From Candidatus Magasanikiibacteriota bacterium (lineage in GTDB: Bacteria; Patescibacteriota; Patescibacteriia; Magasanikbacterales; GWA2-37-8), in contig JACOYB010000006.1 of the NCBI GenBank assembly GCA_016182085.1, positions 88,980 through 152,979 of the forward strand: a stretch of 64,000 nucleotides of DNA. Direction: 5' to 3'. Below are positions 56,901 through 64,000 of the stretch, piece after piece. Numbering within the stretch: the stretch's first letter is position 1; the number at the start of each line of letters is the position of its first letter. The notes under the pieces are model-generated. The model searched no databases, was not told the DNA's origin, and saw only the letters and a program-made list of their open reading frames with translations. A program made the translations under genes and the position numbers.

Positions 56901-57327
56901 TGAGGGAAGTTACTCCCCCTTAAACCGCACCCAAGAAGATGTATTAAAGAAGAAAACGAGCCGAAGCCTGTTGTTCCCTCTAACACACCTCCATGCTTGT
57001 CGTGGATACGGGATGATACATGTTAGCGTAACGTTTAGATCTCTACCATGCACTACCCGCTTCCACTCTTTGCCAGTAGTAATTTTACTACCAGGAGGGG
57101 TTATTTGCCCCGCAGCGAACCTAAGTTCTTCTGCCGAGGTTATCCGATACCTACTAACTTGGGGTATCTATATTTAGATAACGCTGAATTATATCAGAAT
57201 ATTACAGTTTTGTCAAGGGGGGTGGGGTGGATAAAGTTATATCTTAGCTAATTTTAGCCAAAATACAACTAAAAAAGACCCTTATGCAGGGCCTTTTAGC
57301 TGTTAAAACAGGGTTATGTACAGGAAA

Positions 57328-57930
57328 TTATTGTTTTTCAATCACTTTATCAATAATGCCGTATTTCAGCGCTTCTTCGGCACTCATAAAATTATCTCTA
57401 TCCGTATCTTTTTCAATCGTAGCCAAGTCTTTGCCAGTATGTTTTGACATAAGCTGGTTTAGTCTTTCTTTGATCTTTAAGATTCGTTCGGCGCGGATTT
57501 TGATGTCGCTCGCCTGGCCTTCCATACCGCCCATAACCTGGTGGATCATAATTTCGGAATTAGGCAGGGCAAATCGTTTGCCTTTGGCGCCAGCGCCCAA
57601 AAGGAACGCGCCCATGCTTGCAGCCATGCCGATACAAATAGTGCTTACATCTGGTTTGATATATTGCATGGTGTCAAAGATAGCCATGCCAGCGGTTACC
57701 GATCCACCCGGAGAATTGATGTATAATTTGATATCTTTTTCCGGATTTTGATTTTCCAAAAACAACAGTTGAGCAATAATTACATTGGCCACGTTATCGT
57801 CTACTTGGGTGCCTAGAAATATAATACGGTCCTGCAGCAAGCGGGAATAAATATCGTATGCTCGTTCGCCAAAGTTGGTTTTTTCAATTACGGTTGGAAT
57901 AAGGTATTGGGATTTAATTTCATTATTCAT
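57328..57930 (-). CDS. clpP: ATP-dependent Clp protease proteolytic subunit
   Basis: [11 protein letters not shown] (catalytic Ser) and MIHQ (His) motifs. 200 aa. Confidence 0.9.
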   Translation of the reverse strand: MNNEIKSQYLIPTVIEKTNFGERAYDIYSRLLQDRIIFLGTQVDDNVANVIIAQLLFLENQNPEKDIKLYINSPGGSVTAGMAIFDTMQYIKPDVSTICIGMAASMGAFLLGAGAKGKRFALPNSEIMIHQVMGGMEGQASDIKIRAERILKIKERLNQLMSKHTGKDLATIEKDTDRDNFMSAEEALKYGIIDKVIEKQ

Positions 57931-58075
57931 AATGGAAATGAATGAGTAAAATATTTAGCTTGCTAAAGTATTTTCGAATGAATGAGATTATTTACAAGCG
58001 AAGTGAGTGAAAAGGACATTTATGTACTTTTCCGAACAAGCGCAGTAAATATGGAATATATATGGGCTTTAGTCC
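57931..58075 (-). promoter_or_regulatory. hairpin+box leader element (two modules) upstream of clpP
   Basis: Minus strand reads GAAAAGtAC-ataaat-GTcCTTTTC + ACTCACTTCGC, then GAAAATAC..AGCAAGCT..TATTTTA + CTCATTCATTTCCATT-ATG. Same architecture as the 18470-18574 element. Confidence 0.5.
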
Positions 58076-58121
58076 ATATATAATATGTAAAAGTTAATTT
58101 AGATTTAATTCTACCTTGTTT

Positions 58122-58956
58122 TTAGCGTAGCGTCAAAATTCGGTTAATCGTGCTCTCTATAGTGCCATCCACCGTAAAACCAGCTGCCTTTTTATGTCCG
58201 CCGCCGCCCAGTTTTTTGGCGAGCGCGGCCACATCCACAGTATCATGAGTCGTGCGGAAGCTGCCTTTAATTTTTCCATCATCTGTTTCTTTTATAAATA
58301 ACGAAATGGTCGCGTCATTTAGTTTGTTTAAGAAATTTGATATGCCTTCCACATCCGTATCTCCAGCTCCGTGCTGGATCAAATCTTTCTTGGTTAAGTA
58401 TGTATAAGCAATATCGGTTTCAGGCTTTTTAGTTAATCTGCTTAGGACCAGTCCCCATAATTTAAGTAGGTGTATAGATTTATTTTGCAACAGTGATTTG
58501 TTTATAATATTCCAATTGCCGCCCAGGCGCAGTAGCTCTCCGGCCGCGGTCAGAGCGGTATACGATGTAGCGGAATTAGTAAAATTATCCGTATCAGTGA
58601 TAAGTCCGGTTAACAGAGACGTGGCCATCGGGGGAGTGATACGAATGCTATTTACTTTGAAAAAACTATAGACCACTTCAGTTGTGGAAGCCCATTTATC
58701 CATAACGATTAATTGTATCGGCGTCTTTAAATACCTCCGGATCATTACTAACAATATCTATATTATGAAGAAAATTGAATTTATCCGGCACGGGTGAGAG
58801 GCAGAAAATTTTGACTTTTTTCCCTAAGGATTGGAGGTACTGGGCAAAGGCCGTGGAGGCGCCCAAAGTGTCTCCGTCCGGGCTGGGATGGGAAACCAAA
58901 GCGAGGGTGTTGGCACCCTGGATATGCTTATGAATTTGTTTGGCGGCGGTTTGCAT
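58122..58956 (-). pseudogene. nrnA-like DHH/DHHA1 phosphoesterase gene split by a frameshift near 58700-58755, with DHH motif III degenerated
   Basis: ORF 58956..58696 carries the DHH N-terminal motifs (SHPSPDGDTLGAS). ORF 58754..58122 carries GDT-like and GGGH DHHA1 motifs in another frame. The two ORFs overlap by 59 nt. The expected IDHH motif reads MDKW. Confidence 0.5.
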
Positions 58957-59102
58957 AATTTGTTTGAACTAGCGATTATATATGCATTATTTGTTTTTGT
59001 CAACCCCGGTACCATCGCGGATTTCACTTGAGGTATGGGGGGAGGATATGGTATATTATAGCCCGTAAAGCTTGGTAAGTCCTTAAAGTTCAGTGGGCCG
59101 TT

Positions 59103-61760
59103 ATGTACTTAAAGCGCCTAGAAATAAAAGGTTTTAAATCCTTTGCCGAAAAAACGGTATTGGATTTTTTTCCGTATAAAAATAATCGTTACAGCATTAC
59201 CGCCGTTGTCGGCCCTAATGGTTCGGGTAAATCCAACGTAGCCGATGCTATCCGCTGGGTAATGGGCGAGCAGAGTCTCAAAAATTTGCGTGGCAAGAAA
59301 AATGAAGATATTATTTTTAGCGGTTCGCAGGTCAAAGGCCAGCTGGGCGCGGCCGAAGTAACGATGGTTTTAGACAATAGCGTAGAAAGCGTTGGTCCGG
59401 AACAGAATCGGATCATGTCTGATTATCCCGAAATTACGGTTTCACGCCGTCTGTACCGTTCCGGCGAAGGGGAATATTTGATAAATAATAATCCGGTACG
59501 TCTGCTTGATATCTATTTATTTTTAGCCCAGGCGCAATTTGCGCAGCACTCATATAGTGTGGTGGGGCAAGGCATGATAGATAAATTGCTTACGGTTAGT
59601 CCGGCCGAACGAAAAGATTTTCTGGACGAAGCATCCGGCATAAAAGAGTTCCAAATCAAACAACATCAAGCAGATTTAAAATTAACTCGCACCAGAGAAA
59701 ATTTAACTCAAGCCCAGCGTTTGGTTGAAGAAGTTGAGCCGCGGCTAAAAATTTTGGCCCGCCAAGTTAAAAAATTGGAACAGCGCCAGGAAGTGGAATT
59801 AAAGTTGCGTGAAAACCAGGAGAAATATTACGCCTCTATTTATTTAGTCAATAAATCTGAATTGGATAGGTTAAATTTAGTTTTAGCTGGAGTGGAAACA
59901 AATTATCGTGAGGCATTTAAAGAATTGGAAGAAGCGCAAAGAGAAATGGCGGCGCTGGCTCGCGATGCGGCTGAAACGGAAGAAAAAAGCAAGAACAGCG
60001 CGGGGCAGATGATTCACGAACAAAGAAAGTTATTAGACCAAATTGCCAAAGATAAGACGAGCGCACAGTTAAAAATATTTAATTTGGAAAAACAGATTTT
60101 CCAAGATCAGTCCGAACAAAATTATCGACAGGTAAGCGGTCTTTTTGCTGCCCAGGCGGTACTAGAAAACAAAGATAAGTTTGGGCAGGTGGATGGTTTG
60201 GTAGCGCAGCTGGGCGAAGTGGAAGAGCAGTATCAGTTGGCTTTGGAAGTCGCCGCCGGATCATATTTGTCCGCGTTGGTAGTAGAAAGCGATGAAGTGG
60301 CCAAACGAGCCATTGAATTTTTGCGCAATAACCGATTGGGTTCGGCGACCTTTTTACCGTTAAACAAAATCAATCCTCGGCCAGCCGAAAAGGATATAGG
60401 CAGTATCTTGTCCATGCCAGGTGTGGTTGGGCTCGCGGCCGATATTATTAAACACGAAGATAAATTTAATAATATTTTTTCTTTTATCTTTGGCCAGACA
60501 GTGGTAGTGGAAAGTTTAGCCGCGGCCCAAAAAATAGGTATTGGCCGCGCGCGCATGGTTACGCTCACCGGAGACCTGGTAGAAAAAACCGGCGTGATGA
60601 AAGGCGGATATAAACACATCAAAAAAGATGGCTTAAGATTTTCCAGCCATATTTCCTGGAGCAAGGACAGGTTAGCCGAATACCAGGCGCAGATAAATTC
60701 CGAAAAGGAAAAAATTATACAGTTTGAAGCTGAGTATGAACAAGCCAAAGCGGCATTATTAGAACTTGAATCAAAAAGAGAGGCCGCAAATTCTAAGACC
60801 AAATTGCTTAAGGCCTTTTCTTTGCAAGAAGTAATGCAAAAAAAGCAAAATTTGGTAAATGAAATTTTGGCCAAAAGAAACGATTTAAAAATTGAAGCTG
60901 CCAGGCTAGAAACAAAACAAACCGCGATTTCCGAAGAAGTGCAAGCTGAAATAAATTCTACAATTGAAGCTATCGTAGAGCGCCAGCCGCCGCAGGTAAG
61001 CGCCCACCAGCTGCCGGATGTGCTTGGTGAAATTCAAAAATTGAAATACCAGCTGAGCCTGATTGGCGGTATTGATAAGGAAGTGGTGGAAGAATATGAG
61101 CAAAGCAAAGAACGCTTTGATTTTCTTTCCGATCAAATAAAAGATCTAACGCTCGCGCTCGCAGATTTGGAAAAAATGATTTTGGAACTTGATGAAATCA
61201 TGAAGAAAAAACGAGCCGCGTCGTTTAAGAAAATCCGCAAGGAGTTTGATCGGTATGTAAAGATATTATTTGGCGGCGGCGATGGCGATATCTTTGAAAT
61301 TTATGGCGAAGAAAAGGATGAAGATGAGATGAGCGCCGAAAGTATGGGCGAGGAGACGCCAGAAGAAAAACCGAAACGCAGAGAGAAAATTTTGACCGGT
61401 ATAGATATTTCCATAAATCCTCCGGGGAAAAAGATTAAAAATATTAGCACGCTTTCCGGCGGCGAAAGAACCCTGGTATCTATCGCGCTCATTTGCGCAA
61501 TCTTAAGTTATAATCCGGCGCCATTTGTGGTGCTAGACGAAGTAGAAGCCGCGCTCGATGAATCCAATACGCGCCGGTTTGCCGAAATTTTAGCCGAATT
61601 ATCATCTCGATCTCAATTTATTATTATTACCCATAATCGAGTTACTATGCATGCGGCCGATGCGTTGTATGGGGTGGTTATGGGGAATGACGGTATTTCC
61701 AAATTGCTTAGCGTAAAGCTGGAAGAAGTGCCGAAATACGAAACGGCTGTGATAGATTAG
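59103..61760 (+). CDS. smc: chromosome segregation ATPase SMC (short, 885 aa)
   Basis: Walker A GPNGSGKSN, hinge region (~aa 380-480), C-terminal LSGGE signature and Walker B VLDEVEAALD. Confidence 0.85.
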   Translation: MYLKRLEIKGFKSFAEKTVLDFFPYKNNRYSITAVVGPNGSGKSNVADAIRWVMGEQSLKNLRGKKNEDIIFSGSQVKGQLGAAEVTMVLDNSVESVGPEQNRIMSDYPEITVSRRLYRSGEGEYLINNNPVRLLDIYLFLAQAQFAQHSYSVVGQGMIDKLLTVSPAERKDFLDEASGIKEFQIKQHQADLKLTRTRENLTQAQRLVEEVEPRLKILARQVKKLEQRQEVELKLRENQEKYYASIYLVNKSELDRLNLVLAGVETNYREAFKELEEAQREMAALARDAAETEEKSKNSAGQMIHEQRKLLDQIAKDKTSAQLKIFNLEKQIFQDQSEQNYRQVSGLFAAQAVLENKDKFGQVDGLVAQLGEVEEQYQLALEVAAGSYLSALVVESDEVAKRAIEFLRNNRLGSATFLPLNKINPRPAEKDIGSILSMPGVVGLAADIIKHEDKFNNIFSFIFGQTVVVESLAAAQKIGIGRARMVTLTGDLVEKTGVMKGGYKHIKKDGLRFSSHISWSKDRLAEYQAQINSEKEKIIQFEAEYEQAKAALLELESKREAANSKTKLLKAFSLQEVMQKKQNLVNEILAKRNDLKIEAARLETKQTAISEEVQAEINSTIEAIVERQPPQVSAHQLPDVLGEIQKLKYQLSLIGGIDKEVVEEYEQSKERFDFLSDQIKDLTLALADLEKMILELDEIMKKKRAASFKKIRKEFDRYVKILFGGGDGDIFEIYGEEKDEDEMSAESMGEETPEEKPKRREKILTGIDISINPPGKKIKNISTLSGGERTLVSIALICAILSYNPAPFVVLDEVEAALDESNTRRFAEILAELSSRSQFIIITHNRVTMHAADALYGVVMGNDGISKLLSVKLEEVPKYETAVID

Positions 61761-61834
61761 GGGTACCACAAAGTCGCCCAAGTTAGAATTATCAAAAATC
61801 ACCATAATTTTTTTGGTGATTTTTTTGTAAAAAG

Positions 61835-61890
61835 TTATCCACATTGACGGTTACTACATAAGGTAGTATTCTAGTAATTACTAGAATACT
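61835..61890 (+). promoter_or_regulatory. arsR promoter region: TTATCCACA nonamer, TTGACG -35, 26-bp perfect palindrome AGTATTCTAGTAATTACTAGAATACT overlapping -10
   Basis: Palindrome at 61865-61890 read directly. ATG of arsR lies 14 nt downstream. Confidence 0.5.
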
Positions 61891-61903
61891 AGAATGTTAA
61901 TAT

Positions 61904-62209
61904 TTGTCTATGTGGGGAAAAGCAAAAACCTATCCATTAACTCCGGAACTTATTGAAAAGGCGCGCCTTTTGGAATTGGCCGGCGACCCGACTCGCATTA
62001 GAATTTTATGTTTCATGTTCGAACATGAAAAGGCCTGCGTGTCGGAAATTTCCGATGCTCTGGAAATGAGTATCGGCAGTATTTCCCACCACTTGCAAAT
62101 TATGCGCGACAACGACTATTTTATTACCGAAAGAATGGGCAATATGATCTGTTATATTTTGGTTCAAAATAAATTTATCAAACAATTAAAAAAATTAATT
62201 TGCGAATAA
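61904..62209 (+). CDS. ArsR/SmtB-family transcriptional regulator
   Basis: Winged HTH (RIRILCFMFEHEKACVSEISDALEMSIGSISHHLQIM). Confidence 0.7.
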   Translation: MSMWGKAKTYPLTPELIEKARLLELAGDPTRIRILCFMFEHEKACVSEISDALEMSIGSISHHLQIMRDNDYFITERMGNMICYILVQNKFIKQLKKLICE

Positions 62210-62225
62210 ATTATATAACATATAT

Positions 62226-62708
62226 ATGACCAAAAAATCAGCGGCCAAAAGTATGGCGTCCATGCACGCCCCAGCCATCGATCACGATCATATTATTGAT
62301 GGCATTTATATCGGCACCAATCAGTGCTGCCAAATGCACTTTGATGATTTGCTGAAAAATAAAGAGGGGATTACGGCTGATATTTCTTTGGAAAAAGACC
62401 GTTTAGACGCACCGTTTGGCATTGATTTTTATCTCTGGCTGCCCGTAAAAGATCATTCTTCACCCAGTCCGGATCAACTGCTCTTGGGCGTATCGGTCTT
62501 GCAGCAGTTGGTGGCTATGGGGCATAAAGTTTATGTGCATTGCAAAAATGGGCATGGGCGCGCGCCTACACTGGTGGCCGCGTACCTTCTTCTAAAGGGT
62601 TATACGGTTAAAGAAGCGCTAGATTTGCTTAAAAAAATGCGTTCAGTTATACATCTGCAAAACGCGCAAATAAAAGCTTTGGATCAGTTTAAAAAACATA
62701 TAAGTTAA
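62226..62708 (+). CDS. dual-specificity (CX5R) protein phosphatase-like protein
   Basis: VHCKNGHGRAPT (HCxxGxxR) P-loop. Confidence 0.6.
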   Translation: MTKKSAAKSMASMHAPAIDHDHIIDGIYIGTNQCCQMHFDDLLKNKEGITADISLEKDRLDAPFGIDFYLWLPVKDHSSPSPDQLLLGVSVLQQLVAMGHKVYVHCKNGHGRAPTLVAAYLLLKGYTVKEALDLLKKMRSVIHLQNAQIKALDQFKKHIS

Positions 62709-62709
62709 T

Positions 62710-63462
62710 ATGGATATATCGCTTGTCATTCCGGCTTTCATAGCCGGGCTCCTTACTTTTTTGGCTCCTTGCACCCTGCCTTTGGTGCCCGGATACCTGG
62801 GTTTTATCAGCGGCGTTTCTCTAGCTGATATCAATGATCCGCTCAAAGCGCGCGCCGCCAAAAGAAAAATATTTATCAATGGCCTGTTATATGTAGTTGG
62901 CTTTAGCTCTATTTTTATTTTGTTGGGCGCCTTGCTGGGACTAGGCGGCATATTGTTTGCTCCATACAAACTCTGGCTGACGCGCGCGGCCGGAGTTTTA
63001 GTTATTATTTTTGGTTTGCAAATGATGCATGTTTTAGACATATCATTTCTGAACCGCGAAGCGCGTTTTAAAACTAATTTTCTAAAACCGGGCGACCCGC
63101 TTAGCTCTCTGCTTTTTGGAATGGCCTTTGCCTTTGGCTGGACTCCTTGCGTAGGGCCGGTTTTAGCCACGGTGTTGGCTCTGGCATCCTCCACCGCCAC
63201 AGTGGGGCAAGCTGTTTTTTTGCTTTTTGTCTTCTCGCTTGGTCTGGCCGTGCCGTTTCTACTAATCGCCGCCGGCATCGGTTCGGCCAGCAGCCGCATA
63301 AAACAATTAAGCCATTACTTAAAAACAATTTCAATTATCGGAGGAATATTTTTGGTGGCTCTGGGTGTTTTGCTTTTAACCGGCAAAATGAATTTATGGA
63401 TTGGTTATTTTTATCAATTATTAACATTTATCGGCTATGATAGATTAATTAATTATCTTTAA
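62710..63462 (+). CDS. ccdA: cytochrome c-type biogenesis protein CcdA / DsbD-core thiol:disulfide transporter
   Basis: LLTFLAPCTLPLVPGY and GWTPCVGP conserved Cys motifs. 6 TM helices. Confidence 0.75.
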   Translation: MDISLVIPAFIAGLLTFLAPCTLPLVPGYLGFISGVSLADINDPLKARAAKRKIFINGLLYVVGFSSIFILLGALLGLGGILFAPYKLWLTRAAGVLVIIFGLQMMHVLDISFLNREARFKTNFLKPGDPLSSLLFGMAFAFGWTPCVGPVLATVLALASSTATVGQAVFLLFVFSLGLAVPFLLIAAGIGSASSRIKQLSHYLKTISIIGGIFLVALGVLLLTGKMNLWIGYFYQLLTFIGYDRLINYL

Positions 63463-63486
63463 TTTTATATATAGGTAAACCATATA

Positions 63487-63545
63487 TTCTCATTCACTCG
63501 GAAATAATCAAAAACATTTGATTATTTCTCTCATTCATTTCGAAT
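63487..63545 (+). promoter_or_regulatory. hairpin+box leader element upstream of tlpA-like gene
   Basis: TTCTCATTCACTCG + GAAATAATCAAA-aaca-TTTGATTATTTC (12-bp perfect hairpin) + TCTCATTCATTTCGAAT-ATG. Confidence 0.5.
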
Positions 63546-64000
63546 ATGGATAAAAAAACATTTGGTATAATTTTGTTTGTAGGAGTATTTCTGGTCGTTG
63601 GCGGCGCCACGGTGTTGGCGTTTGGAAATTTTAATTCCGGTAGCGACCCCGTATCTGCCTATAAGGCAAGTGTGGCCGCTTCGGACAAGGAGGTTGAAAA
63701 GCATGCGCAAGGGGTAGCTGCTCCAAATTTTACCCTGCCATTACTAGGCGGAGGTACCGTTAGCATGGCCGATTTTCGCGGCAAAAAACCGGTAGTATTG
63801 GCTTTTTGGGCCAGCTGGTGCCCTAATTGTCGGCGCGATATGCCCAAGATGAACGCTTATTATGAAAAATACAAAGACAAAGTGGCTGTGGTGACTATAA
63901 ATATGCAAGAAGATGTTAAAACCGTAGCGGATTTTATGGCCGCTGGGAACCTTACCTTGCCGGTGGCGCTTGATGCCGGTTCCGCGGCGCAAACTTACGG
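63546..64000 (+). CDS. TlpA/ResA-like membrane-anchored thioredoxin-fold thiol:disulfide oxidoreductase (3' end truncated by window)
   Basis: N-terminal TM anchor and WCPNC active site. Runs off the window end. Confidence 0.7.
   Translation, partial: MDKKTFGIILFVGVFLVVGGATVLAFGNFNSGSDPVSAYKASVAASDKEVEKHAQGVAAPNFTLPLLGGGTVSMADFRGKKPVVLAFWASWCPNCRRDMPKMNAYYEKYKDKVAVVTINMQEDVKTVADFMAAGNLTLPVALDAGSAAQTY

Noticed and set aside
56905-57275. tmRNA / RNase P / SRP RNA in the vanW-clpP gap
   Set aside because: I could not find the tRNA-like 3' end (GGTTCGANTCC..CCA-proximal stem) together with a tag ORF. I also found neither the GGAAAGTCCGG P4 motif nor the SRP AGCAGCCAAGG-type motif on either strand. 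The region is kept only as an unassigned candidate.
1-64000. Possibility of an alternative genetic code (UGA recoding as in some CPR)
   Set aside because: TGA terminates mutM right after its zinc finger and terminates the island ORF. Conserved genes are full length with TAA/TAG/TGA stops and show no internal in-frame TGA in the provided translations.
1-64000. CRISPR arrays, transposases, integrases, phage structural genes
   Set aside because: No direct-repeat/spacer periodicity and no recognisable mobile-element proteins. The only repeats are short palindromic elements and intragenic domain repeats.

Overview
Start-to-end read of a 64-kb, AT-rich, gene-dense window coded almost entirely on the + strand. 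Standard code 11 applies: TGA is used as a stop in several genes with intact conserved C-termini. The content points to a small-genome bacterium, plausibly a Patescibacteria/CPR-like lineage. The clues are giant surface proteins with C-terminal peptidoglycan-binding domains, AspRS without the GAD insertion, an 885-aa SMC, tandem iPGM paralogs and short housekeeping proteins with charged tails. This lineage call is inference.

Recognisable genes:
- Translation: rplY, prfA-prmC, rpmE, rpsB-tsf, aspS, valS, tyrS, argS, tRNA-Leu(GAG), an RlmI-like rRNA methyltransferase.
- Lower glycolysis: gap, pgk, eno and two adjacent gpmI paralogs.
- Chromosome partition: scpA, scpB, smc.
- Envelope: a DacA-like carboxypeptidase, ftsI, murF, a VanW protein, bactofilin, and two large surface proteins sharing a duplicated C-terminal PG-binding anchor.
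- Stress and repair: clpP, Hsp20, mutM, ndk, YraN.
- A thiol-redox cluster: arsR, a CX5R phosphatase, ccdA, tlpA.

The region most likely to be a new system is a tightly packed five-gene co-directional block at 39113-44717, directly after argS. It encodes an Acg-like nitroreductase, a Glu/Leu/Phe/Val-type dehydrogenase, a PaaK/F390-synthetase-like adenylating enzyme, a ThiF/E1-like enzyme with a ~95-aa N-terminal extension, and an alpha/beta hydrolase.

Non-coding highlights:
- A recurring hairpin-plus-box leader sits immediately upstream of the start codons of four likely highly expressed genes (giant surface protein, gap, clpP, tlpA).
- A family of small palindromic elements has TGTCAT..ATGACA-type ends. 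One copy sits in-frame inside prmC, as Rickettsia RPEs do.
- A ~650-bp single-gene island of clearly higher G+C is bracketed by inverted repeats.
- A 90-nt compound inverted repeat lies between tyrS and argS.
- A 26-bp perfect palindrome overlaps the arsR promoter.
- Three DnaA-box-like nonamers sit in promoter regions.
- A frameshifted, motif-degenerate nrnA-like gene is present.

No CRISPR array, transposase, integrase or prophage gene was seen.
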